In this document: piece after piece, positions 16,927 to 26,448 of the stretch | Layout of the letters: the number at the start of each line of letters is the position of its first letter | How positions within the stretch are numbered: position 1 is the stretch's first letter | Source of the DNA: a virus | Strand: one strand, 5' to 3' | DNA: 64,000 nt | Virus record (IMG/VR): IMGVR_UViG_3300036945_000814 | Location: 43,026-107,025 of that record | Notes under the pieces: generated by a model | The model's input: only the letters and a program-made list of their open reading frames with translations | Databases searched by the model: none | Told to the model about the DNA's origin: nothing | Made by a program: the position numbers and the translations under genes

Positions 16927-17769
16927 TTGCAGGAATCAGACGCTCCGGCATTCAACTTCGACTTCGACATCGAAGTGTTCGAGAAGGCCGGCGTCGCTCC
17001 TGAGAAGGCGCGCCGCATCGGCGGCTTCGTGTCCACGAGCGCCCTCGACAAGCAGGGCGAGCGCGTCTTGCAGGAAGGGCTCGACTTTTCCCCGTTCCTG
17101 CAAGACGGGTGGTTCAACGACAACCACAGCAAGGCCACCGCCGACATCGTCGGCTTCCCCGAGACGGCCAAGCTCATCCGCAAGGGCGAGCGCCTGCCGA
17201 GCGGCACGTCGGCCGACAAGACCGGATGGTTCGTCGAGGGCTACCTCCTGCAAGGGCACCCGCCGAGCGACCGTATCTGGGAGCTGGCGAAGGCGTTGCA
17301 GAAGACGCCGCGGCGTCTCGGGTTCTCCGTCGAGGGCCGCGTCACGCAGCGGATGAACAAGGCCGGCGAGCCCATCGTCGCCCGCGCCGTCGTCAAAAAC
17401 GTCGCGGTCACCAACTGCCCCGTCAACAATCAGACGTCGCTCGAAGTGCTCGCCAAGAGCCTGAGCGCCATCGAAATGAGCAAGGCGCTTGAGGTCGGGC
17501 CGCCGCCCGGTCCCGCGAGCGACCCCGGCTCCATCCCCGCCGGCGTGCCCCTGTCGGGCATGGGCGCGGGCCGCGTGCTCATGCCTGAGTCGATCGGCGG
17601 CTACGCCGGCGCCTTCGGCAACCCCAACGGTGCGCAGCCCCGGAAGAAGAAGAAGAAGAAGCTCACCAAGAGCGCCGCGTTGGATCTCATTCACAGCCGC
17701 TATCCGGGCATCACCAACCACACGGCGGCGCGGATCTTCCGCTTCGCTGTCGCACACGCCTCTCACTGA
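16927..17769 (+). CDS. Prohead (maturation) protease
   Basis: IGGFVSTSALDKQGE..GLDF..GWFNDNH..LGFSVEG..VAVTNCPVN; AGGAGA SD with TTG start; lies between portal and capsid. Confidence 0.88.
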   Translation: MQESDAPAFNFDFDIEVFEKAGVAPEKARRIGGFVSTSALDKQGERVLQEGLDFSPFLQDGWFNDNHSKATADIVGFPETAKLIRKGERLPSGTSADKTGWFVEGYLLQGHPPSDRIWELAKALQKTPRRLGFSVEGRVTQRMNKAGEPIVARAVVKNVAVTNCPVNNQTSLEVLAKSLSAIEMSKALEVGPPPGPASDPGSIPAGVPLSGMGAGRVLMPESIGGYAGAFGNPNGAQPRKKKKKKLTKSAALDLIHSRYPGITNHTAARIFRFAVAHASH

Positions 17770-17789
17770 GAGAGCAGGAGAAGAACCAC

Positions 17790-18698
17790 ATGGCGAAGAA
17801 GCACCCCACCCTCGACACCGAGCCCCTTTTCAAGAGCGACGACGGCGACCTCGACGACGAGCCCGGTATGCCCGAAGCCGAGGACGCCGACGAGGACGAC
17901 GAGGACGAGGACGGCGACGGCGTCGACGACGAGGAAGAGGAGCAGATGAAGTCGGATCTCACCGAGGACACGCTCATCAAGGCGCTCGACGAGATGGACA
18001 GCATCGCCGTCGCCGCGTCCAACGGAATCTCGCCGCGGGAGCAGGCCCTCGCCTCCAAGCTCGCGTCTGGCACCCCCCTCACCAAGTCGGAGCGTGCCGA
18101 GCTGGCCGCGGCCGGCGAACCGATGGCCAAAAGCCACAAGGAGTCTTTCGTGGAGAATCCGCAGATCGCGCAGGGTTTCGAGGTTTCCGAGTTCCTCGAC
18201 GCCGCGCTCACCAAGGTCGCCGAAGCCCTCGACACCAACCGCGAGGAAATGACCAAGTCCTTCGGCGAGGTCGGCGAGTTCAACCGCGCCCTCGCCAAGT
18301 CGCTCAACGCCCTCGGCGCCGTCGTCATCGCGCAGGACAAGAAGATCCGGCAGCTCGAAAAGAGCCTCGCCGGTGAAGCTCCCCGGCGCGTGGTCGAAGC
18401 GGCCCCCGCCAAGGGCGTCACCTCCTCGCGCAGCTCCGTCGGCCAGCGGGTCAACGACAGCGGCGGGATGCGCAAGTCGCAGGCCGCCGGCGGCGCCACG
18501 CTCACCAAGGGCATGATCCTCGACACCCTCGACGATCAGATCGCCAAGAGCGACGGCCAGCGCGGCGTGGTCGACGGCGTCGACCTCGTGCTCGAAAGCT
18601 CGCGCTACGAGACGACGCAGCTCCTCTCCCCCGACGCCATGCGCCTCGTCTGCAAGGCGCGCGGGATCGACCCCTCCACCCTCGGGCTGAACGGCTGA
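17790..18698 (+). CDS. Scaffolding protein
   Basis: Acidic N-terminus, helical, many hydrophobic-x-K-S sites; between protease and capsid. Confidence 0.75.
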   Translation: MAKKHPTLDTEPLFKSDDGDLDDEPGMPEAEDADEDDEDEDGDGVDDEEEEQMKSDLTEDTLIKALDEMDSIAVAASNGISPREQALASKLASGTPLTKSERAELAAAGEPMAKSHKESFVENPQIAQGFEVSEFLDAALTKVAEALDTNREEMTKSFGEVGEFNRALAKSLNALGAVVIAQDKKIRQLEKSLAGEAPRRVVEAAPAKGVTSSRSSVGQRVNDSGGMRKSQAAGGATLTKGMILDTLDDQIAKSDGQRGVVDGVDLVLESSRYETTQLLSPDAMRLVCKARGIDPSTLGLNG

Positions 18699-18760
18699 TC
18701 GCCGGCTGAATCCCGTTCACGACCACCGTTCACTTCACAGAAGATCCAAGGAGAATCACC

Positions 18761-20200
18761 ATGAGCTACGGTACTTTTGTCGGCGCTTCCGACTACGACG
18801 GCATCGAAGGCTTCGGCTCGGCGAGCGCCGAGGAAATGCAGAACCTCAACAAAGCCTTGCGCTCCGGTCAGGACCGCAACGCCCCCGGCACCGTCGTCGC
18901 TGGCGACGGCTTCACCCTCAAGCCTGAGAGCTTGGATCGCACGTTGAAGAACGTGACGTACCGGATGGAGCACATCCAGTTCTGGAAGTTCCTCGACAAG
19001 ACCCCGGCCTACAACACGGTCGAGGAGTACAGCCGGCTCCGTGAGTACGGCAACGGCGTCGCGGCCTTCATCGAGGAAGGCGAGCTGCCCGCCGAGGACG
19101 ACGCGACCTACTCGCGTGAGTTCAACATCGTGAAGTACATGGGCACGACCCGGCGCATCACGCATGTGATGCAGACCGTGCGCACCCACATCGGCTCCGC
19201 GGTCGCGCAGGAGACGGTCAACGGCACCATGTGGCTGCTCCGGCAGGTCGAGAAGGCGCTGTTCTACGCCGACTCGTCGATGGTCCCGGCCGAGTTCGAC
19301 GGCCTCTTCACGCAGCTCGAAGCGCAGTCGCCGAACATCGTCGACATGCGCGGCAAGCCGCTCAACCAAGACGTGATCGAGGAAGCCGCGCACGTCATCC
19401 GGGCTTCGCCCAACTACGGCATCCCGACGGATCTGTGGATGGCCGACGGCGTCTACAGCGACCTCGCGCGCCTGTTCTACCCCACGCAGCGCAGCGAGAT
19501 CCCGACCCCGGCCAGCGCCGGTGACGGGTACGTCGGCTTCGCGGTGAAGGGGATGCGCACGCAGGCCGGCCCGATCCGGTTCCAGCCCGACGTGTTCATC
19601 GAGCCCGGTCGCGCCCCCGCGGCCGCTGGCATCGGCGACATCGCCAAGCGCCCCGGCCTCCCCACCATCGGCGTCGCCGCCGCTGGCGCCCCCGGTGGCG
19701 GTGAGGTGTCCCTGTTCGTCGGCGCCAGCGAGGACTTCCGCTACCGCGTGGTCGCGAAGAACCGCTACGGCCTGAGCGTCCCCGTGGACGTGAACGGCGG
19801 CGCCGCGATCACCGTGGCCGCCGGCCAGAAGGTGTCGTTCACGATCACCGACGGTTCGCCGTTGGCCTCGTGCTACGTCATCTACCGCACCAAGGCGAAC
19901 GGCCTGCTCGTCGACGCCGTCGAAATGATCACCGTGCGTCGCACCGGCGCCGTCACGGCTTTCGGCGATCTCAACAAGGATCTGCCCGGCACCACGAAGG
20001 CCGCGCTGTTGCAGGGCAACCGCGAGAACATCATGGTCAAGCAGCTCGCGCCGTTCACGCGCATCCCGCTCGCCACCGTCGACACGTCGATGCGTTGGTC
20101 GCAGGTGCTCTACCTGACGCTCACCCTGCACAGCCCGAACAAGAACGTGCTGTTCAAGAACGTCGGCCGCATCGAGGGCACCAAGAACCTCGCCGTCTGA
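18761..20200 (+). CDS. Major capsid protein
   Basis: LNKAL..LKPESLDRTLK..PAYNTVEEY..FIEEGELP..EFDGL..QLAPFTRIPLA resembles SPO1/Twort-type capsid proteins; strong SD; terminator downstream. Confidence 0.92.
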   Translation: MSYGTFVGASDYDGIEGFGSASAEEMQNLNKALRSGQDRNAPGTVVAGDGFTLKPESLDRTLKNVTYRMEHIQFWKFLDKTPAYNTVEEYSRLREYGNGVAAFIEEGELPAEDDATYSREFNIVKYMGTTRRITHVMQTVRTHIGSAVAQETVNGTMWLLRQVEKALFYADSSMVPAEFDGLFTQLEAQSPNIVDMRGKPLNQDVIEEAAHVIRASPNYGIPTDLWMADGVYSDLARLFYPTQRSEIPTPASAGDGYVGFAVKGMRTQAGPIRFQPDVFIEPGRAPAAAGIGDIAKRPGLPTIGVAAAGAPGGGEVSLFVGASEDFRYRVVAKNRYGLSVPVDVNGGAAITVAAGQKVSFTITDGSPLASCYVIYRTKANGLLVDAVEMITVRRTGAVTAFGDLNKDLPGTTKAALLQGNRENIMVKQLAPFTRIPLATVDTSMRWSQVLYLTLTLHSPNKNVLFKNVGRIEGTKNLAV

Positions 20201-20232
20201 TGGTGACGCCGGGGTGAACCCCGGCTAGGATG

Positions 20233-20272
20233 AGGGCCGTTGCGCGATCCGTGCAACGGCCCTTTCCCTTTT
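20233..20272 (+). terminator. Rho-independent terminator after the capsid gene
   Basis: AGGGCCGTTGCGCG/CGTGCAACGGCCCT 14-bp stem plus TTCCCTTTT; an extra hairpin GCCGGGG-TGAA-CCCCGGC at 20208-20225. Confidence 0.8.
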
Positions 20273-20284
20273 CGCGGAGACAAC

Positions 20285-20812
20285 GTGGCGAAGAAACTGT
20301 TTTGCAAGTTCACCCACGAGCGCGGCGAAAAAGTGTTCGTCGGCGGCAAGCTCTACGTCATCGGCGCTGACGGGTTCCTTGAGGTGGACGACGCGCACGC
20401 GCCGCTGCTCCTGCTCAACGACGCGAAGTGGGCCGACCCCGCGGTGACGTCCCCCTACAAGCGCCCCACCGGGCCGCCGGCGCTCATCCTCGCCGACGCC
20501 CAAGGCCGCGAGCTTCCCCCGGCCGAGGCGGCCAAGATTCAGCAGGCAGCCGCCCTCAAGGCCGTGGAGCTTGCCACCAAGGCGCCCGAGCCCGAGCCCG
20601 CCCCGGTCCCGCCCGAGCCCGAGGTCGTCGAGCCTGAGCCCGCCCCGGCGGAATGGCCGACCATGAGCACCGACAGCTCGAAGCGCGACATGCTGGCGAA
20701 CCTCGAAAAGCTCAAGGCCGCGGGTCATGTGGCCGCCGCCGACTTCCACGACAAGATGAGCAAGATGGATCTGCTTGAGGTCATCGAGCGCGCCTACGAC
20801 TCGATGGCCTGA
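20285..20812 (+). CDS. Hypothetical protein with Pro/Glu linker and small C-terminal helical (HeH/Rho-N-like) domain
   Basis: GGAGA SD then GTG 20285. Confidence 0.65.
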   Translation: MAKKLFCKFTHERGEKVFVGGKLYVIGADGFLEVDDAHAPLLLLNDAKWADPAVTSPYKRPTGPPALILADAQGRELPPAEAAKIQQAAALKAVELATKAPEPEPAPVPPEPEVVEPEPAPAEWPTMSTDSSKRDMLANLEKLKAAGHVAAADFHDKMSKMDLLEVIERAYDSMA

Positions 20813-20873
20813 TCGCGTTGCGCTCACGCGCACGCACCGTGATACTTGAACCACCACCCCACCGGAGGCACCC

Positions 20874-21110
20874 ATGTCCAACCTTTCCGCCGAGCAGAAG
20901 GCCGCGCTCAACAAGCTCGGTGATCACTTCCCCGGCCTCGGTCGCACCGACGGCATCGTCCCCGCGCAGCTCGGCAGCTTCCTCGGTGCCCTCGGCCCGG
21001 TGACGAGCCCCGATGCGGTCGACCTCCCCACGGCGCTCGTCCTGCTCAACGAGATCAAGACGAAGATCAACGCCGCTTGCGCCGCCTCTGCCGTCATCGC
21101 GGCGAGCTGA
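20874..21110 (+). CDS. Small hypothetical virion protein
   Basis: GGAGG SD, 78 aa. Confidence 0.65.
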   Translation: MSNLSAEQKAALNKLGDHFPGLGRTDGIVPAQLGSFLGALGPVTSPDAVDLPTALVLLNEIKTKINAACAASAVIAAS

Positions 21111-21113
21111 TCC

Positions 21114-21443
21114 ATGATCATCCGAAGCGGGATTCCCAAGCCGCTCCGCGGCACGGCTCCGGCCGTGCCCGGAGCGCCCCTCGCCGACGTGAACGCGCTG
21201 GCGCCGTTTCAGTTTCTGTCGGAGTGCAAGACGTTCTCGGTCTTGCTCGTGAACACCGGGGCCGTCCCGCTGCGCGTGTTCCCGCAGAACCCCGGCCTCG
21301 ATCCGGCACGTTGGATCGAATACTACGAGCTGGCGGTTGGCGAGCGGTTCGATGGGCTGCTTTTCGAGTTCACCGACATGTGGCTCGCCGGCGTCGGTGG
21401 TCCCTGCACGTTCAAGGCCCTGCTTGGCTTGCGCGTGCTGTAG
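21114..21443 (+). CDS. Hypothetical protein
   Basis: Tight packing, 109 aa. Confidence 0.6.
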   Translation: MIIRSGIPKPLRGTAPAVPGAPLADVNALAPFQFLSECKTFSVLLVNTGAVPLRVFPQNPGLDPARWIEYYELAVGERFDGLLFEFTDMWLAGVGGPCTFKALLGLRVL

Positions 21444-21461
21444 CGCGCCGAGAGGTGCGCT

Positions 21462-21749
21462 GTGCCGCTTGTTCGACGTAGAGCCATCCCCGCAGCCGAC
21501 GCCCGAGAGGGCGTCGTGCTTTCGGGCGTCGTGAACGGCGTCAACGTCACCTTCACGACGCCCGAGAAGTTTCTGCACGCGGTGCCCGGACTGTCAGTGC
21601 GCGTCCACCTCAACGGCCAGCGGTTGCTTCGCGTCGACGACTACACGATCGCTGAATCAGGCGGACCCGGCACCGGCTTTGATACCGTGGTGCTGCTTCA
21701 CGCGCCGGTGAGCGGCGACAAGGTTTTCGCGGACTACTATTCCGCTTAG
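21462..21749 (+). CDS. Small beta-sandwich virion protein
   Basis: SGVVNGVNVTFT..VHLNGQRL..DDY..APVSGDKVFADY, a pattern common in phage structural repeats. Confidence 0.65.
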   Translation: MPLVRRRAIPAADAREGVVLSGVVNGVNVTFTTPEKFLHAVPGLSVRVHLNGQRLLRVDDYTIAESGGPGTGFDTVVLLHAPVSGDKVFADYYSA

Positions 21750-21760
21750 GAGGTTGGATC

Positions 21761-23671
21761 ATGGCTCGCACGTTCATCCGGCAGGAATCGCAGATTCGCC
21801 CGTCGTTCACCTACGTCGACAACGTCGCCCCCTCCGCGACGATGGAGTCGGGCGCCGCCTCGATCGAGGACGACCTCAACAACCTGCGGTCCATCGCGTC
21901 GCTGCTTCGCGACGTGCAGACGGGCAACTGGTACGACGACCTCGCCGCCCCGGTGACGTTCGAGGGCGGCATCAAGCGCGGCGTGCAGAACCTCAACCAA
22001 GAGCTGCACGACCTTGAGCGCAAGCGCGTGCTCGTCGAAGTGTTCGACCTCGCCGACATCCGCGTCGGCGTCAGCGCGATCGGCACGCTCACGGCCACAG
22101 CCGACTTCGCCAACGGCGAGACGGTGACGATCGGGACCAAGACCTACACGTTCCAGACGGTTCTGACCAACGTCGACGGCAACGTGCTCATCGGCGGAAG
22201 CGCCAGCGCCAGCCTCGACAACCTGATCGCCGCCATCGTTCTCGGAGCTGGCAGCGGCACGCTGTACGCCGCCGCCACCACCTTGCACCCGACGGTGCGT
22301 GCGGAAGCCGGCGCTGGCGACACGATGCTTGCCATCGCCAAGGCGGGCGGCACGGGCGGCAACGCCATCGCCACGACCGACGTCGCGACGAATGCGTCGT
22401 GGGGCGGCGCCACGCTGGCGGGCGGCCTCGACAACACGGTGCTCATCCTCGACACCGCGGCCAAGCTCCCCGCCAACACGACCGCGGCCATCGGCTCGGT
22501 CACGACCCGCGGCACGGTCGCCGCGGCTCATGGTGGCGTCTTCGGTGCGCACAGCCTGTCGCTCGTGAGCGGCAGCAACCCGCTGAATCCGAAGAACCTC
22601 GTGCCCCTCGTGGACAGCGTCACGCACGATCCCGTCCTGAGCGGTCAGCGGCGCGTGTGGGGCTTGTTCCAGACGGAATCGAGCACCGACGGCAGCACGA
22701 TCACGACGGCGACCCCCAACCGGGCGCAGGTGAGCCTCGTGCGCCAGAACGGCGCGGGCACGGCGTTGGAAGCCGTGCCGTTCGCCGATGTCTCGTCGAT
22801 GACGCTGCACTACAGCGCCATCGAGCGGAAGGCGCTCGAAGACCTCAACGAGCAGGACTTTCTCAAGGGCAGCACGGTCGACGTCGCCGCCGGCAGCACG
22901 GTCACGCGCCAGATCGGCTACGACAACCAAGGCACCGTTCCCGTCGAGCAGACGACGGACGCTTTCTTGGATCTGGCCGCCGGATTCAAGTGGTCGCTGC
23001 GCGACCTCTTGAACGCCGAGCTTTTCACCGTCCGCGAAGGCAGCGGCGGCGCCACAAGCGAAGTGCAGATCCGAGGTGACGTCGACGTGTTCCGCGCCGA
23101 AGCCCTCGTAAACGACTTCAACGCCGGCATCAACGTCCGCACAGGGGGCACTCGGCCTATCAGGGTCGGCGTCAACGACGGCCTCATCGAGACGACGGCC
23201 GGCGATCTCGGCGTCTCGGCGTTCGCCGAGCTGCTTCTCGACGACGGCAATCAGGCCGGCTCGTCGTGGGCGCAGACCACGGGCGTCAAGCTGTCGGACA
23301 CCTCGGCGGAGTGGAGCGACGTCGAAACCGCCTTCGGCGGCGAGTTCTCGATCCTGCGGATGCTGTATCTCGCGAAGACGACGGGCACCGAGACGAAGAC
23401 GTACCACAACGTCACCGCCAACGTGAACGAAGACCTCGACATCAGCCTCGCCGCCGGCAACATCGACGTCGCGTTCCCCGACATGAGCGCGGGCTCGTTC
23501 CTGAACGACTACGACGTGTTCCTGAACGGCGAGCTGCTTCGCCCCGGCGCCAACAGCGGCGCGAACAACGACTACTACCCCGGCTCGACTCTCACGCCCG
23601 CGGCGGCGTTGCGCTTCGAGTTCAAGCTCAAGAGCGGCGACGTGATCTGCGTCGTCAAGAAGACCGCGTAG
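21761..23671 (+). CDS. Virion structural protein (head/neck fibre-like)
   Basis: 636 aa, Gly/Ala/Thr-rich, GGAGG SD; C-terminal DVFLNGELLRPG..DY module. Confidence 0.7.
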   Translation: MARTFIRQESQIRPSFTYVDNVAPSATMESGAASIEDDLNNLRSIASLLRDVQTGNWYDDLAAPVTFEGGIKRGVQNLNQELHDLERKRVLVEVFDLADIRVGVSAIGTLTATADFANGETVTIGTKTYTFQTVLTNVDGNVLIGGSASASLDNLIAAIVLGAGSGTLYAAATTLHPTVRAEAGAGDTMLAIAKAGGTGGNAIATTDVATNASWGGATLAGGLDNTVLILDTAAKLPANTTAAIGSVTTRGTVAAAHGGVFGAHSLSLVSGSNPLNPKNLVPLVDSVTHDPVLSGQRRVWGLFQTESSTDGSTITTATPNRAQVSLVRQNGAGTALEAVPFADVSSMTLHYSAIERKALEDLNEQDFLKGSTVDVAAGSTVTRQIGYDNQGTVPVEQTTDAFLDLAAGFKWSLRDLLNAELFTVREGSGGATSEVQIRGDVDVFRAEALVNDFNAGINVRTGGTRPIRVGVNDGLIETTAGDLGVSAFAELLLDDGNQAGSSWAQTTGVKLSDTSAEWSDVETAFGGEFSILRMLYLAKTTGTETKTYHNVTANVNEDLDISLAAGNIDVAFPDMSAGSFLNDYDVFLNGELLRPGANSGANNDYYPGSTLTPAAALRFEFKLKSGDVICVVKKTA

Positions 23672-23687
23672 TCGGTGAGGTGATCCC

Positions 23688-24188
23688 GTGAGCGTCGACA
23701 AGACAAGAGCGAGAATGGAAATGGCGCACGCCGTGGGCGCGCGCATTGACGACGCTGTCGAAGCGACTGAACGGGAAGCCCTGCGGGCAGAGGGGGGCAT
23801 GGAGTGGCTTTTGCGCGCCATGCCCCTCATCGTCGCTGCGCAGAAGCGCGTCGAAGACGACGTCGAGGCGGGCAAGATCGACCTCGACACATCCAAGCTC
23901 ATGAAGGACGCGCTTGGGCGCGTGTCCGCCGATCTGGCGAAGGTCGTGACCGCCGCGCAAGGCGACATGCAAGTCGCGCGCGGCAAGACCGTCGGCCTTC
24001 GCGTCGCCGTCGCCATCGCCAAGCAGGCGTTCGACGTCGAGGCCGCCAAAGCCGCTGCCGTCGCGCAAGCCGAGGCGGAGGCCGCGGCCGTCCCCACCTC
24101 CGTCCCCGAAGCCACACCACCTCGCAAGGCCGGCCAGCGCCCGGACGCCACCGCCAAGTCGAAGCGAGCTGCGCGCGGAGGCAAGTAG
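23688..24188 (+). CDS. Hypothetical helical protein
   Basis: GAGGTGATCC SD, 166 aa. Confidence 0.6.
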   Translation: MSVDKTRARMEMAHAVGARIDDAVEATEREALRAEGGMEWLLRAMPLIVAAQKRVEDDVEAGKIDLDTSKLMKDALGRVSADLAKVVTAAQGDMQVARGKTVGLRVAVAIAKQAFDVEAAKAAAVAQAEAEAAAVPTSVPEATPPRKAGQRPDATAKSKRAARGGK

Positions 24189-24661
24189 TGCCCCGCACAC
24201 CCGATCGCAGGCCGGGGGCGCTTGAGGAGGATGAGGAGATCCGCCTCGGCGCAAACGCCGTGCCCCCGACAGTGCCCGGCGCCGTCAGCTTTGACGGCTC
24301 CGCCTTCCAGTTTCGCGACGCCGCCGGCATCTTCGACCCGCGATCGAGCGCAGGCGTCTCCGAGGCCGCGCACAAGGCGCTGCTCCAGCTCATTCACTTC
24401 ATCGACGAAGGCCCCGCCGAAGGCTTTGCCTCCGGTGCTACGCGCACGACGACGGGCACCGTGTTCCCGTCGCAGGTTCTTTGGCGCCGCGCCGACAACA
24501 CCAAGCTCGTCGAGCAGAACGTCACATGGACGGGCGCGAAAGCGACGACGGTGGAATGGAAGGTCTACGCCGCCGACGGCACCACCGTTCTCGCCACGGT
24601 GACAGACACGATCACCTACAGCGGCGCGTTTGAGACGAGTAGAACGCGGGCAATCGCATGA
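24188..24661 (+). CDS. Hypothetical virion protein
   Basis: TAGTG overlap gives GTG 24188 (MPRTPDRRPG...); the part of the 23804 ORF call upstream of this overlaps the previous gene. Confidence 0.6.
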   Translation: MPRTPDRRPGALEEDEEIRLGANAVPPTVPGAVSFDGSAFQFRDAAGIFDPRSSAGVSEAAHKALLQLIHFIDEGPAEGFASGATRTTTGTVFPSQVLWRRADNTKLVEQNVTWTGAKATTVEWKVYAADGTTVLATVTDTITYSGAFETSRTRAIA

Positions 24662-25542
24662 GCAACCTGTCGCCCGCCTCGATCCTGTACGACTCCGCTG
24701 GCGTCGAGAAGGGCACGGGCGCGAACCCCGTGCGCACCGACCCCACGGGCACCACGACGCAGCCCGTGAGCGCGGCCAGCCTCCCGTTGCCCGTGGGCGC
24801 TGCCACCGAAGCCACGGCGCTCACGCTGCTCACGCAGGCCGACTTCGCCGCGCGTACGGGCGCCGTCACGGCAAGCCCCGCCGCAAACACGGTGCTCGCC
24901 CGCCTCAAGGACATCGTCGACACGCTCGTCGCGCGCCTCGGCACCCTCGGGCAGAAGGCGATGGGCGCGTCGACACCCGTGGTGATCGCCAGCGATCAGA
25001 CGCCGGTGCTTGTGCGCGGGTTTGACGAGCCGACGTTTGTTGTCGTTGCTGCCGGAGTCGTGATCGGCAACGGCAAGTCGATGCTCTCGCTATTCAGCAC
25101 GGGCACCAACCCCATCCGCTTGCGCGAGCTGTGGCTGATCAACGCGCAGACGATCGCCGTCACCGGCGTCGTCGGCGAGTTCCAGATCCGTCGCATGACC
25201 GCGCACAGCGCGGGCACCGACCTCACGACGAGCCTGCGTACGCACGACACCACCGACACAATCCCCGCCACGCTGACCGCGCGCACAGGCGCGACCCTCG
25301 TGGGAGAGGACACCGTGTCGCTCTTTCGGCGCCTGATTTCCACGGACGAGTACGGCACCGGATCCCTCGACGTCGAGGCGAGCGACCACGCACAGGCCAA
25401 CCACCGCCCCGTGTACCGGGCGGCGACGCCCGCGAAACCGATCACCATCCGCAACGGGCAGGGGATCTCTGTGCGGTTCAACACCAACAGCACAGCGGGG
25501 GCGTTTGACGTCGTCGCCGTGCTGACAGAAGCGGTACCCTGA
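24658..25542 (+). CDS. Hypothetical virion protein
   Basis: ATGA overlap; LGQKAMGASTPVVIASDQT motif of the kind seen in phage fibre-like proteins. Confidence 0.65.
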   Translation: MSNLSPASILYDSAGVEKGTGANPVRTDPTGTTTQPVSAASLPLPVGAATEATALTLLTQADFAARTGAVTASPAANTVLARLKDIVDTLVARLGTLGQKAMGASTPVVIASDQTPVLVRGFDEPTFVVVAAGVVIGNGKSMLSLFSTGTNPIRLRELWLINAQTIAVTGVVGEFQIRRMTAHSAGTDLTTSLRTHDTTDTIPATLTARTGATLVGEDTVSLFRRLISTDEYGTGSLDVEASDHAQANHRPVYRAATPAKPITIRNGQGISVRFNTNSTAGAFDVVAVLTEAVP

Positions 25543-26003
25543 TGGCTGCCCCAAAGAACACCGACGGTGTCCCGATCACGGCGCCCACCTTCCTCTTCGC
25601 CAGCGAGCAGGCGCGCTTGGAGGGCTACAGCCTGACGTGCGAGCCGGCATCGACCACGATCCTCGACGTCGAGGTGACGTCGCAGATGCTCGTGCAGGGC
25701 GGGCAGTTTTGGATCATGGACGGCGTCGTCGGCGACAAGGCGCAGTTTGCCGTCGTCGACAAAAACGACGTGCTCGGGCTCCACACGCAGCTCGGTCTTC
25801 CCCTCGGCACGCCCATCGAGCTTGTGCGGTACGTCAAAAACTACGCCGTGCCGACGGCGGCGCTGTGGCGCGAAGAGATCATCATGCCGACGGTGGCGCC
25901 CGTCGCGCCCGGCCTCTTCCTCCGCGCCATCTATGAGGCCGTCGCAGGTGGCAGCACGCGGCGGCTCGGCACCCTCTACCGCTGGTACATCGGAGGCGCA
26001 TGA
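25542..26003 (+). CDS. Hypothetical protein
   Basis: TGATG overlap, 153 aa. Confidence 0.65.
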   Translation: MAAPKNTDGVPITAPTFLFASEQARLEGYSLTCEPASTTILDVEVTSQMLVQGGQFWIMDGVVGDKAQFAVVDKNDVLGLHTQLGLPLGTPIELVRYVKNYAVPTAALWREEIIMPTVAPVAPGLFLRAIYEAVAGGSTRRLGTLYRWYIGGA

Positions 26004-26164
26004 TGGATCCCGTGATCAAGGTCATCGAGGTCGGCTCGAACGGCGTTGCATCCGACAAGTCGGGAGCTGCCATCCCCAAGGTGCGGGCCACCGACACACT
26101 CACACCGCAGGAGGTCGAAGCCCTCATCAAGCAGAGGCAGAAGCCCAAGCCCGGCGCGCCGTAG
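26000..26164 (+). CDS. Small hypothetical protein (54 aa), not in the ORF track
   Basis: GGAGG SD, ATGA overlap; MMDPVIKVIEVGSNG...KPGAP*. Confidence 0.55.
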   Translation: MMDPVIKVIEVGSNGVASDKSGAAIPKVRATDTLTPQEVEALIKQRQKPKPGAP

Positions 26165-26199
26165 TACAACTGTGCAGGCGTCTCGCCGGAAAGGTTCGC

Positions 26200-26448
26200 A
26201 TGGCCGAGCTACTTGATCTTCTCATGCGCGGCGGCCCGTGGACCCTGCTTCTGGCGGCCGGGTTCACCATTCGCTTCCTCTTCATCGAAATGCGCCGACG
26301 CGACCTTGAGCACGCCGCGCAGACGCAGGCGCTCAACGACCGCATCGTCGCCAGCGTCGAAAAGCAGATCCCGCTCTTGCAGGCATCAAACGAGCAGAGC
26401 CGCAAGCTCGTCGACGCGCTCACGCGCATGGAGGAACAACACCGATGA
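26200..26448 (+). CDS. Holin-like membrane protein (one N-terminal TM plus coiled coil, BhlA/UviB-like architecture)
   Basis: MAELLDLLMRGGPWTLLLAAGFTIRFLFIEMRRR then a heptad-like region; true start is internal to the 25747 ORF call. Confidence 0.55.
   Translation: MAELLDLLMRGGPWTLLLAAGFTIRFLFIEMRRRDLEHAAQTQALNDRIVASVEKQIPLLQASNEQSRKLVDALTRMEEQHR

Noticed and set aside
17641-17661. (AAG)n run encoding poly-Lys in the protease, as a slippage or phase-variation site
   Set aside because: In-frame triplet repeat in a low-complexity tail; no alternative ORF would be gained.
20818-20846. TTGCGC-N17-GATACT, and GTGATAC also at 34805 and 52218, as a late promoter motif
   Set aside because: Only three short matches, one of which is simply an SD region; not distinguishable from chance.
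26176-26202. AGGCGTCTC...GGTTCGCATG resembling the two ends of the 3596 promoter
   Set aside because: No -35 or -10 between them; the matches are too short to claim a deleted promoter.
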